A DNA stretch of 58,624 nucleotides from Longimicrobiales bacterium (GTDB lineage Bacteria > Gemmatimonadota > Gemmatimonadetes > Longimicrobiales > RSA9): positions 1 to 58,624 of the forward strand of contig DATCLG010000217.1 in NCBI GenBank assembly GCA_036564015.1. The letters run 5' to 3'. This document shows, in pieces, positions 8,830 through 16,331 of the stretch. The notes under the pieces were generated by a model. The model saw nothing but the letters and a program-made list of their open reading frames with translations, was not told the DNA's origin and did not search any database. The first letter of the stretch is position 1. Each line of letters opens with the position of its first letter. A program made the position numbers and the translations under genes.

Positions 8830-10131
8830 TCACCCGGCCCACGCGGGGCCGTGCGGATACGCGTACGTCTCCAGGCTCTCCGGCTTCATCGTGATGCTGT
8901 AGCCGGGGGCCGTCGGCGCCACGTACCGGCCGTTCCGGACCACGCAGGGATCGACGAAGTGCTCGTGCAGGTGGTCGACGTACTCGGTGATGCGGTCCTC
9001 GAGCGAGGCGCTCACGTACACGTAGTCAAAGATCGAGAGGTGCTGGACGTACTCGCAGAGCCCGACGCCGCCCGCGTGCGGGCAGACCGGGACGCCGAAC
9101 CTGGCGGCGAGCAGCAGCACCGCCAGCACCTCGTTGACCCCGCCGAGCCGGCAGCTATCGATCTGGCAGAAGCGGATCGCGCCCGCCTGCAGGAACTGCT
9201 TGAACAGGATGCGGTTCTGGCACTGTTCGCCCGTCGCGACGCCGATCGGCGCGATCGCCCGCGCGATCTCCGCGTGGCCGAGCACGTCGTCCGGGCTGGT
9301 GGGCTCCTCGATCCACCAGGGGTCGAAGCGGGCGAGCTCCCGCATGTTGGCGATCGCCTCGGGCACGTCCCAGCGCTGGTTGGCGTCCAGCATGAGCTTG
9401 CGGTCCGGGCCGATCTCCTCGCGGACGATGGCGGCCCGGCGCAGGTCGTCCTCCAGGCTGGCGCCGACCTTGATCTTGAAGTGGGACCACCCGGCCTGGA
9501 TGCCCTCGCGGCAGAGGCGCCGGATCTTTTCGTCAGAGTAGCCGAGCCAGCCGGCGGAGGTGGTGTAGGCCGGGTAGCCGTGGGCGAGCATCTCGGCCTC
9601 GCGCTCGTGGCGGCTCGGCGCGTTGCGCCGCAGGATCTCGATCGCCTCGCGGGGCGTGAGCGCGTCGGTGATGTAGCGGAAGTCGATGCAGGCCACGATC
9701 TCCTCGGGCGTCATGTCGGCGAGGAGCTTCCAGAGCGGCTTGCCTTCGACCTTCGCCCAGAGGTCCCAGACGGCGTTCACGACCGCCGCGGTGGCGAGGT
9801 GGATGACGCCCTTCTCGGGGCCGACCCACCGGAGCTGGGAATCGCTGGTGAGGCGGCGCCAGAAACCCGCCATGTCTGCGCGGATCGCCTCCAGCGTGCA
9901 ACCGGTGACGAGGGGCGCCAGCGCGCGGGCGGCGGCGACGCACAGGTCGTTGCCGCGCCCGATGGTGAAGGTGAGCCCGTGCCCTTCCACCCCTTCCGGG
10001 TGGTTGGTCCGGAGGATGACGTAAGCGGCCGAGTAGTCCGGGTCCGGGTGCATCGCGTCGGACCCGTCGAGCTCGCGGGAAGTCGGGAACCGGATATCGA
10101 GGACGTCGACGCCTGTGATCGTTACGGACAT
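8830..10131 (-). CDS. fucD: L-fuconate dehydratase (enolase superfamily)
   Basis: The N-terminus DIRFPTSRELDGSDAMHPDPDYSAAYVILRT, plus EEPTSPDDVLGHA and PHAGGVGLCE, closely resemble the Xanthomonas FucD sequence as I remember it. Confidence 0.88.
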   Translation of the reverse strand: MSVTITGVDVLDIRFPTSRELDGSDAMHPDPDYSAAYVILRTNHPEGVEGHGLTFTIGRGNDLCVAAARALAPLVTGCTLEAIRADMAGFWRRLTSDSQLRWVGPEKGVIHLATAAVVNAVWDLWAKVEGKPLWKLLADMTPEEIVACIDFRYITDALTPREAIEILRRNAPSRHEREAEMLAHGYPAYTTSAGWLGYSDEKIRRLCREGIQAGWSHFKIKVGASLEDDLRRAAIVREEIGPDRKLMLDANQRWDVPEAIANMRELARFDPWWIEEPTSPDDVLGHAEIARAIAPIGVATGEQCQNRILFKQFLQAGAIRFCQIDSCRLGGVNEVLAVLLLAARFGVPVCPHAGGVGLCEYVQHLSIFDYVYVSASLEDRITEYVDHLHEHFVDPCVVRNGRYVAPTAPGYSITMKPESLETYAYPHGPAWAG

Positions 10132-10195
10132 GATCGTTCGCCTGAATGACGGGCCCGCGCGTGCCGGCGGGAGGAACGCCGCGCTGTCCGGTGCC

Positions 10196-10828
10196 TCACC
10201 GCACGATGACCACCTCGAGCGTGCGCGGCCCGTGTACGCCTTCCACCCGACTCAGCTCGATGTCGGAAGTGGCCGAGGGTCCCGAGATGAACGTGATCGG
10301 TCTTCCTTCCGCCACCGCCGGGCGGAGCCGCTCGATCGCCTCGGGGACGATCCCCACCACCTGGTGGGCGAACACCACGCACAGGTGGTAGTCGGGGAGG
10401 AGCGAGAGCGCCCGCCGTCCCTGCCGGGCTCCTCCGTCGAGCACGATCGTGCCGGTCTCCGCGATGCCGAGCGCGCAGCCGGTGAGCACGCCATCGGCGG
10501 CGTCCAGGTCGGCGTTGGAGAGCCCCGGATCGCGGAGTGGCTGGACGCCCGCCGGGATCCACGTCTCCGGCACGTCCGGCGGCACGACCAGCCTCTTCAC
10601 GCCGCGGGCGGCGCACGCCTCCGCGATCGTGGCCGGGAGCCCCGCCTCGTCACACCGCCGCACCGACGCGCGGTACTCGGCCACCCGCTCCGCGAACCGT
10701 TCGAGCCGCTCCTCCGGCGTGTCTTCCGCCACCTGCCGGTAGGCGCGCGGGATGGGCGCCCCGGCGGGGGAGGCCGACCCGAGCGCGCCGCGGATGCGGG
10801 CCAGGATCTCTTCGCGCGCCGTGCTCAT
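10196..10828 (-). CDS. lutC: lactate utilisation protein C (LutC/YkgG family)
   Basis: ORF trimmed to the ATG at 10828 (MSTAREEILARIRGAL). The C-terminal segment GIAETGTIVLDGG...LLPDYHLCVV...SGPSATSDIE is typical of LUD-domain proteins. The start overlaps the lutB stop (ATGA). Confidence 0.85.
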   Translation of the reverse strand: MSTAREEILARIRGALGSASPAGAPIPRAYRQVAEDTPEERLERFAERVAEYRASVRRCDEAGLPATIAEACAARGVKRLVVPPDVPETWIPAGVQPLRDPGLSNADLDAADGVLTGCALGIAETGTIVLDGGARQGRRALSLLPDYHLCVVFAHQVVGIVPEAIERLRPAVAEGRPITFISGPSATSDIELSRVEGVHGPRTLEVVIVR

Positions 10829-12258
10829 GACCGCGACACCCACCACTCGCGGAACGTCTGCGCCGCCACCGGCTTGAGGTCGCGCATCACCGTCCACCCG
10901 GCGAGGTCGCCGGGGAGGGATCGGATCATGCCGTCCTGCAGGTAGGGCCGCTGGGCGACCCGCGCCCAGCGCTGCGCCCGCTCGAAGCGGCGCCGGTCCT
11001 GGAGGATCCAGCCGAGCACCTTCAGCGCGAGCCGCTCCCGCCCCTCCGCCGTCTGCGGGCCGCGCCGCGCGCCGCTACGCCGCACCACCTTCCCCCGCAG
11101 GTGGACCAGCACCTCCGGGATGTTGATCTTGACGGGGCAGACGTCGTAGCAGGCGCCGCAGAGGCTCGAGGCGTAGGGGAGCGAAGACGCGCGCTCCAAC
11201 CCCACGAGCTGCGGCGTCAGGATCGCTCCGATCGGACCCGGATACACCGACCCGTACGCGTGCCCGCCGGCCCGCGCGTAGACCGGGCAGACGTTGAGGC
11301 AGGCGCTGCAGCGGATGCAATGCAGCGCCTGGCGGCCCGTCGGGTCCCGGAGCACCTGCGTGCGGCCGTTGTCCAGGAGCACGAGGTGGAACTCCCGGGG
11401 CCCATCGCCTTCCCTCACCCCGGTCCAGAGCGAGGTGTAGGGGTTCATCCGTTCGCCGGTCGAGGAGCGCGGCAGGAGCTGCAGGAAGACGCCGAGGTCC
11501 TCCCAGCGCGGGATCACCTTCTCGATCCCCATCACCGTGATCAGCACCTCGGGGAGCGTCGTGCACATGCGGCCGTTCCCCTCGGATTCGACCACGGCCA
11601 CCGTCCCGGTCTCGGCGACCGCGAAGTTGGCGCCGCTGATCCCGACCCGGGCCTCGAAGAACTTGCGGCGCAGGTGGAGGCGCGCCGCGGCCGCGAGGTC
11701 CGCCGGGCGATCCGAGAGCTCCCGGATCCCGAGCCGGCGCATGAACAGCTCCCGGATCTCCGCGCGGTTCTTGTGGACGGCGGGGACCAGGATGTGCGAC
11801 GAGCTCTCGCCGGCGAGCTGGATGATGAGCTCGGCCAGGTCGGTCTCGATCGCCTGGATGCCCGCCCGCTCGAGCGCGGCGTTCAGCCGGATCTCGTCGG
11901 TGGTGATCGATTTCACCTTCACCACCTCGCGGGCGCCGTGGCGGCGGACGATGTCGACCACGATGCGGTTCGCTTCCTCGGCGTCCCGCGCCCAGTGCAC
12001 GACGCCGCCCGCGCGCTGGACCGCGGCCTCGAGCTGGACCAGGTGCTCGGCCAGCTCGCTCATCGTCCGCTCCTTGATCGCCCGCCCCGCCTCCCGCAGC
12101 GCCTCCCAGTCGGGCAGCTCGGCCACGACGCTCGCCCGCTTGCGGCGGATGTTGCCCGTCGCCCGCTCGAGGTTGCGGCGGAGCTGCGTATTCCGGAGCG
12201 CGATGCGAACGGCCTCCTCGAAGCGGAGGGGCGGCCGGGCGGGGGTCGGGTGGCTCAT
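10825..12258 (-). CDS. lutB: lactate utilisation protein B (LutB/YkgF, 4Fe-4S protein)
   Basis: ORF trimmed to the ATG at 12258 (MSHPTPARPPLRFEEAV). Two ferredoxin-type Cys clusters, CIRCSACLNVCP and CGACYDVCP, plus a LUD domain. ATGA overlap with the lutA stop. Confidence 0.9.
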   Translation of the reverse strand: MSHPTPARPPLRFEEAVRIALRNTQLRRNLERATGNIRRKRASVVAELPDWEALREAGRAIKERTMSELAEHLVQLEAAVQRAGGVVHWARDAEEANRIVVDIVRRHGAREVVKVKSITTDEIRLNAALERAGIQAIETDLAELIIQLAGESSSHILVPAVHKNRAEIRELFMRRLGIRELSDRPADLAAAARLHLRRKFFEARVGISGANFAVAETGTVAVVESEGNGRMCTTLPEVLITVMGIEKVIPRWEDLGVFLQLLPRSSTGERMNPYTSLWTGVREGDGPREFHLVLLDNGRTQVLRDPTGRQALHCIRCSACLNVCPVYARAGGHAYGSVYPGPIGAILTPQLVGLERASSLPYASSLCGACYDVCPVKINIPEVLVHLRGKVVRRSGARRGPQTAEGRERLALKVLGWILQDRRRFERAQRWARVAQRPYLQDGMIRSLPGDLAGWTVMRDLKPVAAQTFREWWVSRS

Positions 12259-12998
12259 TGGGCCGGCGCCTCCTCCGTCGAGGCCAGGATCTCCGCCAGG
12301 TGCACCGTGCGCGTCCCCGCGCGCAGCCGGTGGAGGGCCCCGCCGATGTGCATCAGGCAGGAGTTGTCGATCGCCGTGCACACCTGCGCCCGCGTCTCGA
12401 GCACGCAGCGGATCTTGTCCGTCAGCATCGCCATCGACATGTCCGCGTTCTTCACCGCGAAGGTCCCCCCGAACCCGCAGCATTCGGTGGCGTCCGGGAG
12501 CTCGACCAGGTCGATCCCCCGCACGGCCCGGAGGAGCCGGAGCGGGGCATCGCCCACGCGCAACCCTCGCAGCGAGTGGCACGTCGGGTGGTACGTCACC
12601 CGGTGGGGGTAGTACGCCCCCACGTCCTCCAGCCCCAGGCGATAGACCAGGAACTCCGAGAGCTCGAAGACCCGCGGGACCAGCGCGTTCACCTCATCGA
12701 CCAGCCGCGCATCCCCCGTCTGCTCCGCCAGCTTCGGGTAGTGCTCCCGCACCATCCCGACGCACGACGCCGAAGGCGCCACGACGACCTCGGCGTCCCG
12801 GAAGACGTCCACGAAGCGACGCAGCAGAGGCAACGCGTCCTCGTGGTAGCCGGTGTTGTAGTGGATCTGCCCGCAGCAGGTCTGGTCGAGCGGGAACTCC
12901 ACTTCGTGTCCCAGCCGCTCGAACAGCGAGACCATCGCCTTCCCCGTCTCGGGGAAGAGGGTGTCGTTGAAGCACGTGATGAACAGGGAGATCCGCAT
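12255..12998 (-). CDS. lutA: lactate utilisation protein A (LutA/YkgE, CCG-domain Fe-S oxidoreductase)
   Basis: MRISLFITCFNDTLFPETGKA...QTCCGQ...PTCH...ECCGFGGTF, i.e. duplicated CCG motifs. Confidence 0.9.
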   Translation of the reverse strand: MRISLFITCFNDTLFPETGKAMVSLFERLGHEVEFPLDQTCCGQIHYNTGYHEDALPLLRRFVDVFRDAEVVVAPSASCVGMVREHYPKLAEQTGDARLVDEVNALVPRVFELSEFLVYRLGLEDVGAYYPHRVTYHPTCHSLRGLRVGDAPLRLLRAVRGIDLVELPDATECCGFGGTFAVKNADMSMAMLTDKIRCVLETRAQVCTAIDNSCLMHIGGALHRLRAGTRTVHLAEILASTEEAPAQ

Positions 12999-13040
12999 CC
13001 GAACCCGCCTGCGGGAGATCGCGCCGGTGGTCGGCCTGCC

Positions 13041-13068
13041 GTGCCCGCGCCGTCACCAGCGCGGGCAC
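13041..13068 (-). other. 10 bp GC hairpin between the FAH hydrolase gene and lutA (intra-locus stem-loop)
   Basis: GTGCCCGCGC / GCGCGGGCAC with an 8 nt loop. No U-tract. Confidence 0.35.
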
Positions 13069-13115
13069 GCAGGGCTGAAGCGAAACTCTACAGGGGCGCC
13101 GGGCCCCGCCCGGCC

Positions 13116-14000
13116 TCACGCGTAGACCGCCTCGCGCCGCGCCTCCGCGTACGCCCGCACCGTCTGCCGCGCCACGCCCAGGCCATCGATCCCGTACTCC
13201 ACCACATCGCCGGGCTTCAGGAAGCGCGGCTCCGGCTTCTGCCCGAGCGCCACCCCCGGCGGCGTGCCGGTCGAGATGACGTCCCCCGGCAAGAGCGTCA
13301 TGAACTGGCTGATGTAGCTGACCAGCGTCGGCACGTCGAAGATCATGTCCCGTGTCGACGCGTCCTGCTTGGTCTCGCCGTTGACCTTGAGCCACACCCG
13401 GAGGTCGCCCACGTCCCCCAGCTCGTCCGGGGTCGCCAGGTACGGGCCCAGCGGCGCGAACGTGTCGCAGCTCTTCCCCTTCACCCACTGCCCGCCCCGC
13501 TCGAGCTGGAACGCCCGCTCCGAGTAGTCGTTCATGAGCGTGTAGCCCGCGATGTACTCCAGCGCGCGCTCCTTCTCCACGTAGGACGCCCGCCGCCCGA
13601 TCACCAGCGCCAGCTCCACCTCCCAGTCCACCTTCGTGCTCCCCTTCGGGAGGATGACATCGTCGTACGGGCCGGAGATCGCCGTCGTCGCCTTGAAGAA
13701 GAGGACCGGCTCATCCGGGACCGCCATGTTCGACTCGCTGGCGTGGTCGCGATAGTTGAGCCCTACGCACACGATCTTGCTCGGCCGGGCGATCGGCGGA
13801 CCCAGCCGCACCCCCTCCGGCACCGTCGGCGCGCGGTCGCCCTGCACCTCCACCCACGCACGCAGACGCTCCAGCCCGCCCGACGCGAAGAACGCCTCAT
13901 CGTAGTCCGAGCCGAACCCGGATGCGTCGATCTTCCGCCCGTCGGGAAGGATCACCCCAGGCTTCTCGGCGCCTGGTTCTCCAAATCGGATGAGTTTCAT
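13116..14000 (-). CDS. fumarylacetoacetate hydrolase family enzyme; likely 2,4-diketo-3-deoxy-L-fuconate hydrolase
   Basis: FAH-domain motifs KIVCVGLNYRDHA, DWEVELALVIG and LLPGDVISTGTPPGV. The specific function is inferred from locus context. Confidence 0.85.
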   Translation of the reverse strand: MKLIRFGEPGAEKPGVILPDGRKIDASGFGSDYDEAFFASGGLERLRAWVEVQGDRAPTVPEGVRLGPPIARPSKIVCVGLNYRDHASESNMAVPDEPVLFFKATTAISGPYDDVILPKGSTKVDWEVELALVIGRRASYVEKERALEYIAGYTLMNDYSERAFQLERGGQWVKGKSCDTFAPLGPYLATPDELGDVGDLRVWLKVNGETKQDASTRDMIFDVPTLVSYISQFMTLLPGDVISTGTPPGVALGQKPEPRFLKPGDVVEYGIDGLGVARQTVRAYAEARREAVYA

Positions 14001-14005
14001 CGCTC

Positions 14006-14794
14006 TCAGGGTTTCAGGGTCACGAATCCGCCATCGATCGCGTAGTTGCTGCCCGTGATGAAGGCGGCATCATCCGAGCAGAGGAACAGGGCTAGAGCCG
14101 CGATCTCCTCCGGCCGGCCCATGCGCCCGATCGGCTGGGTCCGCGAGAGCTTCTCGAACATCTCCTGCTCCCGCCCCGGGTAGTGCTTCTTCAGGTACCC
14201 ATCCACGAACGGCGTGTGGACCCGCGCCGGCGCGATGCTGTTGCACCGGATGTTGTACCTCAGGCAGTCGCAGGCGACCGAGTACGTCATGGTCAGCACC
14301 GCGCCCTTGCTCATCGAGTAGGCGAAGCGGTCCGGGATCCCGACCGACGAGACGATCGAGGCGAGGTTGAGGATGGCGCCGCCGCCGCGCTCCTTCATCG
14401 CCTGCACGCCGGCCTTCAGGCAGTTGTAGACGCCCTTCACGTTCACGGCATAGACGCGGTCGAAATCCTCCTCCGTGGTGTCCTCGACCGTCCCGATGTG
14501 GGAGATCCCCGCGTTGTTCACCAGGATGTCCAGCCCGCCGAACCGGTCGACCACGGCGCGGAACACGTCGAAGACTTCGCGCTGGTTGCTCACATCGCAC
14601 CGGAACGCGGCAGCCGTGCCTCCCTGCTCCTGGATCGCGCAGACGACTTCCTCGGCGGCCTGCTCCTGGATGTCGAGCACGGCGACGCGGGCGCCCTCAC
14701 GCGCGAAGAGGAGCGCGATGGCCTTCCCGATCCCCGACGCGCCACCCGTGACGATCGCGGTCTTGTCCTTCAGCTTTGGTTCTGCCATGGGCAC
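14006..14794 (-). CDS. short-chain dehydrogenase/reductase; likely 2-keto-3-deoxy-L-fuconate dehydrogenase
   Basis: TGGASGIGKAI, NNAG and YSMSK (YxxxK), i.e. a classical SDR. The specific function is inferred from context. Confidence 0.85.
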   Translation of the reverse strand: MPMAEPKLKDKTAIVTGGASGIGKAIALLFAREGARVAVLDIQEQAAEEVVCAIQEQGGTAAAFRCDVSNQREVFDVFRAVVDRFGGLDILVNNAGISHIGTVEDTTEEDFDRVYAVNVKGVYNCLKAGVQAMKERGGGAILNLASIVSSVGIPDRFAYSMSKGAVLTMTYSVACDCLRYNIRCNSIAPARVHTPFVDGYLKKHYPGREQEMFEKLSRTQPIGRMGRPEEIAALALFLCSDDAAFITGSNYAIDGGFVTLKP

Positions 14795-14887
14795 CCCCTC
14801 TCGCGCTCACCCGTGCTCCCATCCACCGGCGTTCCTCGCCGGTTCCCGCGCGCCGGATGACCGGCACGCGCCGTCCGAGCCGCAGGG

Positions 14888-14913
14888 AAAAACGATCGCG
14901 GCCCACGCGGATC
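14888..14913 (-). terminator. intrinsic-terminator-like hairpin plus T-tract between the lactonase and SDR genes (possible attenuator)
   Basis: The minus strand reads GATCCGCG-tgggc-CGCGATC followed by GTTTTTCC. T-runs are rare in this genome. Confidence 0.4.
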
Positions 14914-14967
14914 GGCGGCAGCCCCCGGATCCGTTCCGCTCGGCCCCGGAAGGACGGAGATCCGGAT

Positions 14968-15816
14968 TCAGAGACCGTAGAAGTGCACCGCGTTCTCGTA
15001 GTAGAAGCGCCGCCGCTCGCTCTCGCTCCAGCCCGCGGTCAGCCGACGGGTGAAGCCGTACCAGTCGGCGTACTGGCCGGCCAGGGTGAGGACCGGCCAG
15101 TCACTCCCGTACAGCACCCGATCGATGCCGAACTGCTCGACCACGTGCTCGGCGTACGGGACCAGGTCCTCCTCCCGCCACCGCTCCACGTCCGCCTCGG
15201 TCAGAAGCCCTGAGAGCTTGCACCACACGTGGCCCCGCGCCGCCAGCCGCGCGATCTCTCCCTTCCACGGCTCGAGGAGCCCCTGCCGGATCGCCGGCTT
15301 GCCGCAGTGGTCCAGGACGAAGCGCGTGTCCGGGCACAGCTCGACCAGGCGCACCACCTCGGGTAGCTGGTCATGCGTCACGCAGAGGTCGAACGTGAAG
15401 CCGCGGCGGCCGACTTTCCGTACCCCCTCGACGAACGCAGGCTGGAGGCAGAACCCGGCGGGCTCCCCCTGGATGTTGTGTCGGATCCCTTTGACCAGCG
15501 GGTAGTCCGAGAGCGCGTCCAGCGTGCGGTCCAGCCCTGCCGCGTCCGTGAGGTCGACGTAGGCGACGAGCCCGGCGATCCTCGGCTCCGCCTCGGCCAG
15601 TCGCGCCACGTGCTCGACCTCCCGGAGGTTGTCCCCCGGCGCGCAGTTGCATTCCACGAAGACGATCTTCTCGACCGGCGCATCGCCCGTGCTGCTCGCG
15701 AAATCGGCCGGCAGAAACGGCCGCCTGAGCTTCGGGATCCCGTCGAGCCAGGGATAGGCGAGGAGGCCGGGGTTCCAGAAATGCACGTGCGCGTCGACGA
15801 TCGAGAGCGGCTCCAT
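14968..15816 (-). CDS. amidohydrolase-2 family metal hydrolase; likely L-fucono-1,5-lactonase
   Basis: ORF trimmed to the ATG at 15816 (MEPLSIVDAHVHFWNP). Also has FVLDHCGKP and LYGSDWPV. COG3618-type lactonases of this fold are the known L-fuconolactonases. Confidence 0.85.
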   Translation of the reverse strand: MEPLSIVDAHVHFWNPGLLAYPWLDGIPKLRRPFLPADFASSTGDAPVEKIVFVECNCAPGDNLREVEHVARLAEAEPRIAGLVAYVDLTDAAGLDRTLDALSDYPLVKGIRHNIQGEPAGFCLQPAFVEGVRKVGRRGFTFDLCVTHDQLPEVVRLVELCPDTRFVLDHCGKPAIRQGLLEPWKGEIARLAARGHVWCKLSGLLTEADVERWREEDLVPYAEHVVEQFGIDRVLYGSDWPVLTLAGQYADWYGFTRRLTAGWSESERRRFYYENAVHFYGL

Positions 15817-15949
15817 GCGCCAGGTGGTGGATTTCGGGACGATGGCTGCCGGGCCGCGCCGGTCCGGGTCTGGTGACGGCCCGCGCGCGAGAGGAGCGTC
15901 GGATCTCCTGTGCCTGCGAAATGCGAGCGCAGTCGAACCCTCAGGCTGG

Positions 15950-15979
15950 ATTATAACATCCGGCCGGACAGGGCGTAAA
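15950..15979 (-). promoter_or_regulatory. sigma70-like promoter (TTTACG-N18-TATAAT) upstream of the fucose locus
   Basis: The minus strand reads TTTACG (15979-15974), an 18 nt spacer, then a perfect TATAAT (15955-15950). It sits in an AT-rich island 134 nt upstream of the lactonase start. Confidence 0.4.
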
Positions 15980-16131
15980 TAGCGCATCGCGTGCGGCGGC
16001 CCGCACGGGAGACGGCGTTTTGCCTTGCGATGTTAATGTTATCAGGCGCGCCGGACCGGCCGCAAGACCCCGGACAGGCCAGGTCGGCCGCGGCCGCGAG
16101 GGAGCGTCGCCCGCGTTGGCCGGGGGGCGAA

Positions 16132-16200
16132 AGGCCGGGGGTGGAATCGAACCACCATCTCGGAAATGAGATTCCGGCTCTGCCATTGAGCTACCCGGCC
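16132..16200 (-). tRNA. tRNA-like gene with canonical acceptor, D and T arms but an anticodon arm 2 nt too short. Possible pseudogene or atypical tRNA; anticodon unassignable (loop UCUCAU).
   Basis: Minus strand: GGCCGGG-TA-GCTC-AATGGCA-GAGC-CGGAA-TCTCAT-TTCCG-AGAT-GGTGG-TTCGATT-CCACC-CCCGGCC-T. Acceptor 7 bp, D stem 4 bp, T arm with TTCGATT loop, U8/A14/G18G19 all present. Only 20 nt lie between the D and T stems, where at least 22 are expected. CCA is not encoded. Confidence 0.55.
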
Positions 16201-16290
16201 GCGTCTTGCCTGCAGACCGACAATGCAAAAACGCGGCCGGCGGCTCGGCCTGCCGGGGCCAGCCGCCGCCCGCCATCGGCCCGGAAACCG

Positions 16291-16315
16291 AAGGGGGCGC
16301 CAGACACGCCCCCTT
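16291..16315 (-). terminator. hairpin downstream of pntB (AAGGGGGCG / CGCCCCCTT)
   Basis: 9 bp stem and 7 nt loop, 17 nt after the pntB stop. On the minus strand it is followed by CGGTTTCC. Confidence 0.5.
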
Positions 16316-16331
16316 CGTCCCTTCCGATCCC

